Shown: positions 39,720 through 53,177 of the stretch, one piece after another
Layout of the letters: every line of letters begins with the position of its first letter
Position numbering within the stretch: the stretch's first letter is position 1
NCBI RefSeq assembly: GCF_006345805.1
Contig: NC_042998.1
Span: 72,726,001-72,790,000 of the forward strand
Reading direction: 5' to 3'
Length of the DNA: 64,000 bases
DNA from: Octopus sinensis
Taxonomy: Eukaryota
Notes under the pieces: model-generated
Seen by the model: the letters and a program-made list of their open reading frames with translations, nothing else
Database searches by the model: none
What the model was told of the DNA's origin: nothing
Translations under genes and position numbers: made by a program

Positions 39720-40371
39720 TCAAAAATTATCCGCACTTTCACCATAACATATCTTTATTTTTGTCAGACTGCCTTCTGCGCATGGGTGCTTATAGTTGGT
39801 ACTATTGTGGCCATTTGATTGATGTTTGAGCCTGATCGCGCCATATTTCTTTTTGACTTTACAGCGTAAGCATGGCCGCCCAACTAGCAATGTGCACCAA
39901 AGATGAACAAAGAGCAGTGAACCAAGAGATTGTAATGGTGAACCGGTTCTCGTGTTTGCTGAATCTTCTCGTCAGTGGTGGATGTTGACGGACATCCTGC
40001 TCCCTCTTCGCGAGGCACTATTTTTTTGTCCGGCCATTTTTAAACTTCGTGAACCACTAATACACACTTCTACGATGCAGTGCACTGCTCTCATATTGTG
40101 ATAAAAGTATTAGATGAATTTCAGCACCTGACGAACCTTCTGACCAAAAACATCGAAAATCACTGTTCTTTATTCTTCTTTGGTGCACATTGCTAGTGGA
40201 GAGGCCATGCTTGAACAGTAAAGCCAGAAAGAAATATGGGCGCTATCAACCTCAAACTTCTATCACTGACCCAACAGTACCAACTATAAGCACGCATACG
40301 CAGAAGGCAGTGTGACAATAATAAAGATATGTTATAGTAAAAGTGCGGATACATTTTGACTTCCTCTCGTA
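39720..40371 (-). mobile_element. Mariner derivative with two left ends (fold-back)
   Basis: TIR-like end TACGAGAGGAAGTCAAAATGTATCCGCAC at 40371(-). ATG at 40208(-) gives MASPLAMCTKEE*...SEGSSGAEIH...RSVY*WFTKFKNGRT (mariner HTH). 39720-39920 is an inverted copy of 40160-40360. Confidence 0.8.
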
Positions 40372-42494
40372 TTTACATTCATGTTATTTTCTAATTTTGT
40401 TAACTTCTTTCTGCTGCTTGACTTTATTGTATTTATCTACATATTCATTCTTTGAATTTGTTTTCATTTACGGGTATGGTTTTCTTAAGGCACACCATAC
40501 ATGATAACATGCTGAGTACATCTATCACCTTTGGTATACTTTGTGGGGTCAGCTTGTTTTCTGTACCATGATTCGTTCCGAAGATCAGTTATATACAAGT
40601 ATACACATATATTTATATGTATATTTAGCGCATGTGCATGTGCAAATATTGATGTAATATATATTATATAAATAACAAGATTATAAAACAACTTCGAACG
40701 AATGGAGTGAACGTTCATTATTTCACGTAGCCCATAAATGTGTACACGATTTTTGATCCTGTTGAAATGAGTAACTCTTGCAGAGAAAAACCACAACAGG
40801 GGCTAGGATGATTACAGCTATCGAAGAAGTAATACGTATTCACAGATTTTCTCATATCATCAGAATATGAGACAGTATATTTCGCTTTCTGAAGGTCACT
40901 TTTTAAGAAGTCACGGTTTTCGAAATGGTTTTCTTTTTCTTTCTCTTCTATAAATATAACAGTTACCATGGCAGCCTACTTCATTCAAATATTTTTGTTT
41001 CGATATGTTGTAGTATATTTATTTCCAGTTATTTCTCGTGTCTTCCCAATACTCCTTCTGAAGCCTGATAATGAACTCTTTTTCTGGGTATCAAACTAAA
41101 AATTTTCGATCGTTAACATATCTTGTCTGCTAGTTTTGCTTCTCATTTTGATATGCACACATGCACATACATACAGACACACACACACACACACCACACA
41201 CACACACACACATTTGCATTCATATATGTATACATACTTTATACATAAATTGAGATAATTCAGTGTACAATAAAAAAAAAATACAAATAAACAGATCTGG
41301 TGACGTAGGTTAAATCGTATTACAAGAAATATTCAATCTAAGACGTGGAACTGTACTGAACTCACAGAATACCTTGGTTAATGTTGGAATCCTGTGCAAG
41401 GCAGGTTGAACATGTTATTTGGTGACCTCCAATAGGTCTCAATATTAAATTAGTCGTAACGGCAAAGATTCCCAAACACTGCGTTCCAAACAAGTCATTC
41501 AAAATTGCAATGAGAAATAGTGGAGAATCAGGTTTCTATCACATTTGAGTTATTAGAATTGAGACGTCACAGGAACAAACAACATGCTACCAGGTTTTCT
41601 GTAGAACCGATTATATTTTCATAGAGAGAAAAGAAGGAAAAGTCGTTCTGGTTGATAGCGTACTGTCTGAGAGCAATGGAAGTAATACGATAGCCTATAG
41701 CTATATTTGTTGAATCGGACTGGAGAACGAGCAATGTATTCCTGTTAGGGTTAATAAAAGATATTTGAGAGACGCTTTATTTGTGTTTTTATATTATAGA
41801 AATAGCTGCAAGACGGGCTCTAAACCATTCAATTCATCTGCAGTGGATATTTCTTAGAGTGATTTTGGCAAGGCAGAGGTGCATATAAGATCCCTGCTAA
41901 TTTGGTATATAATACGAAGCATACATGAAGAGAACGATTACTGTTTACTATTGAAAGGAAGACGTGTTTTGATTTTATGATTATCTCACAGATAGTGCAT
42001 CGAAAGAAGAAATTAATTTTAGCATTTAGCTATTGATAATCATATGCAAGTCTTAAGTGCCATATTCTTTGCTTGTACGGATAAAAGACGTTTGCAAATG
42101 ATCCGCGCGTACGTTTTCACGTTTGTAGGATACTAGTACATATACATGCCAATTAATAAAGAGGAAACAAGTTATTATAAGTGTATGGCAGTCATTCAAT
42201 TTCAAGATAGCTTTTAGTCATGAGCTCATCAGATATTTCTATACAATTAAACGCATGGATGATAAATAACTGATGTATATGTACATATCTGACAGCTAGA
42301 GTTTCCCAATGAAATGAATCAGGCTGAACTACGTAATCGAAATGCCATGAGAGGTTGACCAAGGAAATAGACTAGCTGCCAATGAGATGGACCAGAGGAA
42401 ATTAGGACGGCAAATTAGATAAACCCTGGTGCTGAATGCGATGAACAGTGGAGCTGAATCAAGGTGATTTTATACATAATTACTATGTATTACT

Positions 42495-43230
42495 ACAGAA
42501 GTCTTACCAAGGTGTACAAAGAACTAAGCACTGGTAGTTTCTGCATTAACCATCAGATAAGGGATCGGAGTACCCTGTCAAATGTATTCTCCAAGTCAAC
42601 AAAACCCAACTGCTGACGTTTATCTTTTGCTAGGTATCTCTCCTACAGTTGCCATAAAAAAATATACCACCAGTGGTGATGGCACAAAACCAAACTTTAT
42701 CTCATCTAGACCACCTCTCTCCCTGATAATTTGATCTATGACGCTCTCTGTAACTTTCATCACTTTAACCAACAATTAGATACCTCTGTAATTATTTCTA
42801 TCTATGGCATCACTTTTACATTTGTAGCAGTTGACTATTGCCCTGCTACGCCACTCATTCGGTATGACCCTTTCATGAACCACCTTATTTAGAATTCAAG
42901 TGACTAGACCATAACTCACGCCGCCAGATACTATAAGTATCTCATCGGTGATTCCTGATAGGCAAGGGACTTTCCGTATCTTCATATCCTCAATTGCTTT
43001 ATCTACCAGTGTACTATCGTTTCTGGTTGCTGTTCCCTAATTTGGGTCAATATATGACACACTCTATTCCTCTCATTCATTCTCCACGTCGAATAGTCTT
43101 TCAGAATGGCATCTCCAAGCCTCTTTTCTTTTTTTGCAGACTCATTAAAAGCAAGTGCACAATCATCTATACGGACACATTTCTCTCCTATAACATCACG
43201 ATCTTCTCTCACACACCGTTTTGCACACAC
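42495..43230 (-). mobile_element. RTE-clade LINE RT fragment
   Basis: Minus strand RCVREDRDVIGEKCVRIDDCALAF; NKVVHERVIPNEWRSRAIVNCYKCKSDAIDRNNYRGI; KFGFVP; YLAKDK...GFVDLENTFDRV. Confidence 0.85.
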
Positions 43231-43234
43231 ACAC

Positions 43235-43297
<63 letters not shown>

Positions 43298-44344
43298 CGT
43301 GCGTGTGTGTGTGTGTGTATGTGTGTGTGTTTGTGTACATACATACATACACACGCACGCACACACACACATATATATTACGTACGAATTAGAACTAATA
43401 CTCGAAGAGATATCTGTATTATATAATATTGTATAGATGTTGACCATATTAAAGGCTTGAATGGACCAGTTGGTGGTATTAAACAAAACAATGGATTCAA
43501 TAAATATGACAATAGTGTGACCAACACTTTCAATGGGTACTATAAAACGTACCAAAATTTGACTGGCGGGGAAATACTGAGATGGAGGCAAATGTAAAAT
43601 GTCCTTGCTCAAGGTTCCAGATAAGACAGACAGAACGCAAACTTTGGTATCTACGATACACACAACTTAAGCAAACTGTACTGATTGTACTCATTTTACA
43701 TTCACATATATTCAGTAAAATACAGCGCCTAGCATCCTTTTGAAAGGTCATCAACAAGCGTCAGTGTGTGTGTGTTCTGTAGTGTAAAACAAATTGTATG
43801 CAGCTTTTAATATTATTTCAAGTGTGCTCGGGTGAAAGATTTAGTAATGTGATGTATTCTGCCTGAAATATAATACTGCTGATGTCGATATCATCTCAGC
43901 AAATTGTTTTGAATATGCACACACTTTATAATTTCATGCTTAAACAAATGCCGAATCTTGTTAAATGTGTATTATATCGTATTTCAAAAGATACCTTGAG
44001 TTCAAAATATTACAAAAACTATAAAGTAACGAATACTCGAACAATCTATCTATCACATATCAACCACTCAATATTTTTTTTATCCACAATTTCTCTCGGT
44101 TACTTCGTATTATATGTGTCTGTGCATGAAGTATCTGATACACACACACAAGTACACACACATATAATTCACAGATCCAATAGAGATAGAATCAACAAAA
44201 AAAATACTCCATCCAGTGAGAGATAAGTATTTCAGTTCAATATGCTACCGAAAGAGCTACTAATAGTTTCATACTTTTATGATACTAGAATGGGTATATT
44301 AAATCAATCCTTCAGACGCTGTGTATGTGTTATATATATATTTT

Positions 44345-45265
44345 ACAATGAAGGACACTGAACAGGAAGAAAATAATAAAAGACACAGAAGGCACATAAA
44401 GACGATTGGTGCCAAAAATGAAACGAGAAGAAACTAAATAAAAAAAAAAGCAAAACAAGATCCTCGGCCTACTTGATTGCAGAAACCTCATTAAATACAA
44501 CTAGTTTAAAACAAAATAACAGAATATGTCGAAGTCTGCGAGAGAGAAATTCAGCATTAGAATTAAGCATTGCTGGACTTACTGGATCGAAGAAGAATAT
44601 GAAACCTTTCTGCTACCCATAAGTTGCATTTCTTAGATTAATTATCATATGGCTTGGATTTCTCCACTATTCTCTACTTAATAGTATTTTGTGAGTAGCT
44701 GCTTCTCCAAATCCATACGTGGCAAGCCAACTTTGTTGCATTAACTTTATCGATATGCCGGAAAGAAGATAGCTGGTTTGCATAACGTGTCTTGAATTAG
44801 CCGTCATATAACCCGATGTAATTTTTCTTTTCAATTGATTTGTCTTGCAGCGTAGCTGTAACTTCAGCCTCGTATATGACAGAGTTTATCATACCCGTCT
44901 GAATCAAGTGGGCAAACTTCAGGGTCTCGACAGTTACAATTGGAAGTAGTCTCTTGGTGATTTTTGCGACTTAAAATTTCTTCATTTTGGAGTAGCAGCT
45001 GTATGATATTTTAATTCAGCAGGTGTAACCATATGGATAGATTTCTTTCATCGAATTGGAAGCCACTGCCTACTCCAGATTGAGTTGCTGTCTTGCAGAC
45101 TTTGACAAATTTCTGCTATTTTGTTCTATAACAGCTGTATTTAATGAGCTTTCTGCAATTAGTGAGGACGAAGATCTTAGTTTCTTGATTTCGTTTGTTC
45201 TCGTTCCAGCTTTTGTACCAACCTCCTTTTTTCTTATTTTCTTACTGCCCAGTGTCCTTCATTCT
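44345..45265 (-). mobile_element. Penelope-like element of a second clade (CNC-CP type GIY-YIG) with diverged inverted pLTRs
   Basis: Minus strand SNCNCRDPEVCPLDSDGMINSVIYEAEV...KNYIGLYDG*FKTRYANQLSSFRH...NATKLACHVW. 44345-44545 is inverted to ~45085-45262. TA runs at both ends. Confidence 0.8.
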
Positions 45266-46267
45266 AAAATATATATAACGCTTAAACAGCGTCTGAAAGG
45301 TTGCTTTAAGATACATGGCGTATTTTATATGCTGGCTCAAATATTATAAATGCATGCAAATATCAGTAGCTTGTGTATTTAAACTTAACTAAATAAATAA
45401 GTAAATAATCGATATGTATATAACATAAAACTAACCTAACCCAGTGAGACAGTCGCAGGCGGTTATAAATAAGAAGCCTGTACCATGCTTCTGCTCAAGA
45501 CAACGTAAGCACAGACAGAGAAGCCCTCGTATTTTCCAAACTTGATCGGGTGTAACAATTAGGCTGTAATGGCTAGGTACAGAGAAAGATGTACTGGGAC
45601 GATATTTTAGTTCATTATAGTTGTGTTGACTTGAACAATGTGAAATGAAGTGCTAAATCGAACCGAGATTATATTTAGCTTTCCTTATGTTGGGGTGGAT
45701 AAAATAATATATGACATAATTTTACGAGTAATCTAACACCCCACTATAATATGACGACATACCTACAAATCGTTAGAAGCTCTGGAAAACGTTTTACGTC
45801 ATTTATTCCGGTTCTTTACTTCTTTAATTCAAATTCTGCTTCGGCGAACTTTGGTTTTAATCTCACTGGAACCGATAATTGATGCACCCTTCAAATAATT
45901 ATGTCGGTGGTATCAAATAATGAGCTTACCTCAGACTTCTTGTCCTTGTGCTTAAATCAAACATAATGATGATAATAATAATAATAATAACAACAACAAC
46001 AATAATAATAATAATAATAATAATAATTTCTGTTATTAGCCACAGGAGTATAGATGAAGTGGGCATCAAATGGGCAGACAATAATAAGTGTGGGGATTTT
46101 CATTGAGGAGAGAAGAAAATTGAAGAGACAATGAAATGCAGTAAAAGTATACAGAATATACACAGTATGTGATAACATGAATGATGCAGTCCCAGATACA
46201 GGAGAAACCCCAACTATGTCCAATCAAGGAAACTGACAGATGAAGATTGTACGAGTTCCTTCTCTCC

Positions 46268-46307
<40 letters not shown>

Positions 46308-46381
46308 TGCTTTCCAATCTACAGGCCCATATTTGGAGTACCATTTAGTCTAACTATTTTTTGCCACAATTATCTATCTTT

Positions 46382-46960
46382 TCACAAATTCACTGGGAGG
46401 TAGTACTTCATTTTCCACCATAACTTCCCTCTCCTTGAAAAGTCAATGAGAGCTTGACCGAAGGGGAAAGCGTCTTTCCTTAATCCTTTCAGTCTCGTCC
46501 AGCACACAACCTCTTTCACCATAGCCACTCGATAGAGGAACAGCGCCTGTCCTGCCTTATTAAAGGTGGGTTGTAGAACGATCCTCGCGAAGTATTCTGT
46601 CGGTAGTCGTATTTGTCTCACAGATGATAACAGCCGTTCAACATAGTTCCACAACTCAAACAGTTTCATCGCTCTGAGCGCGTTTCGGACAGTCCTGCTT
46701 GACGGCCATTCCGGTCCTCCCAAGATGTCTAGAGCTGGCAGAACTCGGTAGCACTGCTAGGCCAGGGATTCCTAGAAGATATCTATAGTTGTATTAGGCC
46801 CGAAACTCCTCCCAAATAGACCAGCTGGTTCTTCCTTTCCTCCTTTGTTGGCTACAGTTTCCCAGTGAATATCATAACTCTTGCGTACCACGAGATTGTT
46901 ATGTATTGCTGAATACAGGGGATGATATTCTCAACTTGCCCTCTCTTCCATAATTTCAGA
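46382..46960 (-). mobile_element. Tx1/L1-like LINE ORF2 C-terminal fragment
   Basis: FGP...ESLA*QCYR and ORF 46382..46723 (LWNYVERLLSSVRQIRL...VAMVKEVVCWTRLKGL) are homologous to 31330-32400 and 48627-49920. Confidence 0.8.
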
Positions 46961-48465
46961 CAGACAGATATAAAGACAGTCAGCTAGCTAGCTAGATAGA
47001 TGAATAGATGGATACATAGAAAGATAGAGGGAGAGAGAGAGAGAGAAAGAGAGAGAGATATTACCATGTTGCGTACTGCTAAATGCGATAACTATACCAG
47101 TGTTTGTGATGGGAAGACTATTGGAAGTGATATTTGAAATTATGTTAGCTCCTAATAATATTTATTTTTATAAAGATATTTTACGCCTAGAAGTGGAAAT
47201 GCATTTATATATGTATGCAAAAATATTCGATCTTAATGAGTCCGGGCGTATGTAGTCTTAGACCTTCGACTTCTGCTTTTATTACTCTGTATTAACAAAG
47301 ATGGAGAGAGAGGTCTTGAATGCAACAATCGGTCGGATGATTATATGCTAATTCGTATTGCCTAGACTTATAGACAGTTCTGTCATCACACACACTGGAG
47401 GATCTCCAGAACCGAGCTGGCATACACGGATTCCTCTTCTATATAATTGGTTGGGTGCAAGAGAAAATTAAATCTTTGCGGAAGTTCGAAAGTACAGCTT
47501 TGGGCTTATTGAACAGTAGAACGACTGCAAGAGTTATACTATAAGCTGTAGTACATTAATTATTCTATATTTAATGAATGCATAACTAGGTATCCACACA
47601 CACGCGGACGGGAGCGCATGCACACACGCATACACACAAAGATATGAATGTATGTATACACACGCACACACGTATATGCATTTAAAGTTTATAGTACACA
47701 CATTGCTTTAAAGGTTGCAGAAGATGCTATAGAAGAATTTTATTCATGAATTTATTGATTACGTCATAACATATAATCCACTGTTTTAAGGTAAAATTTT
47801 TGGCAGGTATTTTCCCCAGCAGTACCCTATAGTACCTTATAGTATTCTCCCAACACTTGATCCCTTACCTCGTTGTAACTTCTATTTTTTCATACCTAAC
47901 TATTTCTGGCGTCCTACGTGCTGATGTCCTTATATTCTATAGATTCCGTATGTGTGTGTATGTGTGCGTGTGTGAATGCGTGTGTACGTGTGTGCGTGTA
48001 TGTGTGTATGTGTGTGCGTGCGTGCGTGTGTGTTCGTATATGTGCGTCTAATTGAATTTATATTTATAATTTGTAGCAAATGTTAGCATACCATGTACAC
48101 ATCATCTTTAGTTGTGCTGATGTGTGCGCTGCAAAGACGCTCTGATGTATACACATAAATACACATGTTTATAACGTTGTGTCTGCAGCGCTAATATGTT
48201 ATTCAGAAACAATTTCTTCAGAAATATTTTAAAGAGAGTTAAATTGAAAATGGAACTTCTGGTTTACATAATTCCCACGAGTCATGAAGTTTTTCTTTGT
48301 CGAAATTATCTTAGCGAGCAGCATTTCATTTCCGTCAGCTTAGTTCTGCAAAATTTCACACGTCTCAGCATGTCACTATTATTCGTTTAATAACAGAATC
48401 TTAATTTCATTATATCTCCTTTACCCTCACGCAATTCATCTCTCTGTCTGTCTCAGTTTCTCACC

Positions 48466-48594
<129 letters not shown>

Positions 48595-48626
48595 CCTGTC
48601 TATTATGTATCTATCTATCTATCTAT

Positions 48627-49918
48627 CGTCTGACCGTCGTGCCTTGTCCCTACCCTACCATCACGAAACATGAATGCGTAATTCTTCCGCTTCCTGTGGA
48701 AGTGAAGCGTTCCGATGATTGGGCGATCCATTTGCTGTCAGCACCCGCTAAATGGAGGGATAATTATGCCATGGTTGATGGTGCGGAGACATGATGTGAC
48801 TGCGATATCTCCATCGCTTCATCGACGACAGTGAACAGGTGTGGTCTCCTTTTGTGCGACACGCTTTCCCGCAGCTCGTCTCCTTGGCCGAACTGCAGTC
48901 CTGGCTCAAACAGAGACCGAGGAATGGCGAATGGCACCGCGAGTGTCGCGTTGCTGTCAAGCAAATCTGCCATCCGGGACCAAACTTGTGCGACTTCATT
49001 ACAACAAAGGCGTTCTATAGAGGATTGGTGGAGAGGAGGTGTGACGACGTTCTCGGGCAGAATCTGGTCGTCTATGGGGAACACCTGAGTCGCCTGTATA
49101 GGACAACTTTCGGGCCGAGACCTATGGACCATCACCAAAGATCCCTGGCCTGGCAGGCACGCTTCGAGACACATCGGACCGACTTTCTCGAGATGCGGTC
49201 AGAGCGACGAAACCGTTCTCCACGCACTCGTGCAGTGTCCAACCATTTCGGACTTGTAACATTATGCCGAACGGCAGCTGTCACGTGTGGGACGAGTCCG
49301 CCTGTCGGCCGAGTCTCTCGTAAGCATTGCTCAGCTACTTTTCCTCAACCTGGAAGGCAAAGCAATCTTCAACGTACTGGTGGCCATTGTCAAAGAATGT
49401 GTGTAGTGGACTCGAGCGAAAGGATTAGACACAAACCGTTACCTCTCTGGTCAATCGCTCAACTTTTTCTGGCACCACATGAAAAGGAAGGTGAGAATGG
49501 AGAGGCAGGTTTGTCTCATGAAAGTTTAAAAATAGGTGGGTGAATCTAGTAAAGATGGTGCGTGCGAGTGACGAAACCACTTTCAGCATGATCCTGTGAA
49601 TAGTAAAGAGAGAGAGAGAGAGTGAGAGAGAGAGAAAGAGAGAGCACTTTGCTCTCATGTGTTTATTTGTTCCCTGCCTGAGGCGCCATGGTCTTTTCCG
49701 TAAGCTTTTCTTTCCACGGATAAACTTAATATTGTTTCTTACTTTTTACAAATTTCTGTGATACACGATCCATTTTGATCGCTTTTTTCCGACCCCTTTT
49801 TGATCGGAATTTTACATTTGTTCCTTTTTTTCCTTTTTGTTTTTCTTTTTCGAAAAGAAAAGCTCTACATTTGTATTTGTCCCCTCTGTATTCAGCCCTG
49901 TGTAGTCAATAAAGCAAG

Positions 49919-49920
<2 letters not shown>
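48627..49920 (+). mobile_element. 5'-truncated Tx1/L1-like LINE with complete 3' end, inside (TATC)n
   Basis: RLTVVPCP...; ORF 48839..49543 (TTKAFYRGLVERRCDDVLG...TFGPRPMDHHQRSLAWQ); AATAAA at 49908-49913. (ATCT)n at ~48467-48626 and 49920-49985. Confidence 0.88.
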
Positions 49921-49986
<66 letters not shown>

Positions 49987-49989
49987 TTT

Positions 49990-50021
<32 letters not shown>

Positions 50022-50207
50022 ACTATCAATCACGTTTGCCCTTCTCTCTCTATAATCGTATCTGTGTGTGTGAATATGTGTGTGAGCTTGTGTACTGATA
50101 TGCGTGTGTGTATTTATATGCATGTAATTAATTGGCTCAGTGGTTGCTAGTAATTACGTTACGGTATATTTGTGACACTCATACACGCAGGGATATGTTC
50201 ATGAATG

Positions 50208-50243
<36 letters not shown>

Positions 50244-50256
50244 TATATATATACAT

Positions 50257-50294
<38 letters not shown>

Positions 50295-50546
50295 TCTTGA
50301 AATTTTCCATTGCATGTTGAATATATGCTGTTATATGTGTACTTGTAAAGTACTGCGTGTAGATTCAAAATATATATTAGTTGCACTAGAAAGTGTGCAA
50401 TAAGCATTTAATTGCTTCTGTACTGTCATTGCAAAATCTTTGAGAAACCCACGCCCTTTTTTCCAAAATGCACTAACATCAGACTTCGTAGCTGAAATAA
50501 ATATATGGATAGTACTGTAATGATAGTAGTAGTAGTAGTAGTAGTA

Positions 50547-50590
<44 letters not shown>

Positions 50591-50593
50591 ACT

Positions 50594-51970
50594 GCAGCAG
50601 CAGCAACAGTTACAGCAACATGTCCATTTGTCAAGTGAAAGGATGTCGTCTAAGCAGTATTATACTTATGTGTTTAATACGTTCGCTTCTCAAAATCTAT
50701 GTCTTGAATTCAATATCACTGCGTAAAACTTTCGGCTTTGTTTGTGCCGCATATTCTCTTATATTTCAAAGCACCTAATACACACACATGCGCACGCTAA
50801 GCAGTAGAAACTCACACATATGATAGGCTGAGTTTGATATTGGATAACCTGTTACAACGACGCATTTCACTCGGCGAGAATATTTTGCCACTAACGTAAG
50901 AGAAGTGTTTCAGACGATGGGCTCGTTAATATATAAATATTAAGACGTTTACTTGTATTTAAAAGATTAGATAATTGCAGAAGAGCCCTTGATCTGACGT
51001 CTAAGTTTTCCATCAGGGTAAAATGTAGAATATAACATTAAAATGCTCTTGTGAATCAGCCTTGTAATGAAACCTATTTTTCGATTGCACAGATCATAGC
51101 TTGATTTATTCAAAGGGTAATAGTAGTCTTGTAATATTTCAGGGCTTTCCATATTTTGAAGAATGGATTTCTCTCCAAATAAGATTTCTCCCTGAATAGT
51201 TGTTACGGAGAAAATTCCAGTAAATAACGTTGTGTTCCAGAATTACACCGATCGATTGACATTTTCTAGCTCTGATCAAAAACGGTCTCTCCAATAGGCA
51301 CCCAGGCAATTTTCGTAACACATATTTCACACCAGAACTATACTGGAAAAATCCTGCTTGAATTTGCCAGGCAGTAGGAATCCGAAACCGTCTAAGTTGT
51401 AATGCTTGCATTACTTCTTACAAATACAAGCATATAAAAGCTATGTAAAACCAACCTTCCTGAATTTAAATCCTTACTTTTTCTTCCGTGAACATAGTAA
51501 GTCTATGGTTGTTTACATACTTATAGATATTCTTTAAAACGAGCGTGAACGTTTCGAGGGTAAGTTAATAGGAAGTAAGAGATTTGGAATCTCTTAACAT
51601 TCAAACATATTAGAGGTCGGTCAGGAAGGGCTTTTTTGTTACAGCGAATCGATTAAATAACTCCTCATTGTGGAGTCATAAACAAAAAGTAGAAAAACAT
51701 TATTAATTACAGTATTGTTTTTATCAGATAAGGGGAATATTTTTACAGTAAGATAATTCACGCCTCTTCAATTTCTTGCTACAGTCTTGTCGCAGCAGCA
51801 TTACTATCATTATCAGCAGCAGCAACAGCCTCAGCAGCATGTCCATTTGTCAAAGGAAAGGATGTCGCCTAGGCAGTATTATACTTATGTTTTTAATACG
51901 TTCGCCTCTCTAACGCTAGGTCTTGACTTCAATATCACCGCGTAAATCTTCGGGCTCGCTTTGTGCCGCA
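50594..51970. repeat. Two diverged direct repeats (cores 50621-50751 and 51840-51970, TG...CA) around ~1.1 kb
   Basis: Shared TGTCCATTTGTCAA-GAAAGGATGTCG-CTA-GCAGTATTATACTTATGT-TTTAATACGTTCGC...TTTGTGCCGCA. Each copy is preceded by CAG repeats. Confidence 0.75.
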
Positions 51971-53146
51971 ATATGAGAATGTATTAGCTCTGTGTTTGTT
52001 TGCACTGGGGGATGTCTGACACATCTCTAATACAAAAAAGAACGTCTGTCATATTTAGAGAGGATGCTGGTTTCTACGCTACAAGCAAGCTTCAAATCTT
52101 CCATCCAAGGTATTATATCCTACTAATTTCAATCTATTATATATAGGCTTATCGCCTTCGAGTTCCCTCTTTGAAAAGCATTTATTATTTTTTCCCTAAT
52201 TTTGACATTAGAAATAACCAGGCCATCGCTAATTACTGTGATTAGTATGGCATTAGAATTATAAAAGAATATTTTGATCCTAACCAACATCATACTTTAT
52301 TGTTTACCATTTTATAGTAAAGATATGAAAGTTTCTTTGTCTATAAGATACAGAGACAAATCGCTAAATACAAGCAATGTAGATACTTCTTTGTAATTTA
52401 GTATTTTCATTTTTGTCACCAAATTTCTGGAATATAATGTAATGGATTAAATACTGATTAAACTCAAAGAACCCGAACCTGATATATATGTGTTTACATC
52501 AATGACTGAGGATCTATTTGATTGATCGACGTATCAGGAATGGTTGAGAAATCTCTCTTATATTCACATTCTACTGTGATACAAGAGTTTTCTACCGAAT
52601 CAGGTGAACTAGGATATACCTTTCACAACAGGCAGATAACAGTAAATAACTGAAAAATATGGGATGGGCAGATTTTAAAAACAACATGTGGAACCATGAT
52701 TACTGGATAATGTAAATACTTCTTACATGAACAAATATGTAAACGTTTGAATGAATCTACAAAACTAAGCTCCAATAGAATTATACATGTAAATGTTTTC
52801 AAAAATGTTCCATCTACTCGCCCTAACGTGACCAAACAATATCATTTGCAAATAAAGTCGAAAACGTCATGTTTTGACAATGAGAACACAATAGAAAAGA
52901 TAAAAATCAAGTGTTATTGTTATCGCCGTTCCGAGTATCACAGGGTGCTCGAAATCTATTTAGAAATACATATTCCATTCATGAAAAATATTTTTTTGTA
53001 AACAGACACCCAAATCGAAAGATTCTGCACTAGAAAATAATAAGTACGTTTTAAGTATATTTACATAGATGATTTAGAATAGTTTTAAATGAATGGCTCC
53101 TGGCATTCATGTATTTGGTATCCAGTAAGCATGCGTATATATATAC

Positions 53147-53177
<31 letters not shown>

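Noticed and set aside
51545-51625. HHR-like CTGACCGA...ACCCTCGAAACGTT on the minus strand
   Set aside because: Core is out of register and there is no stem II pairing.
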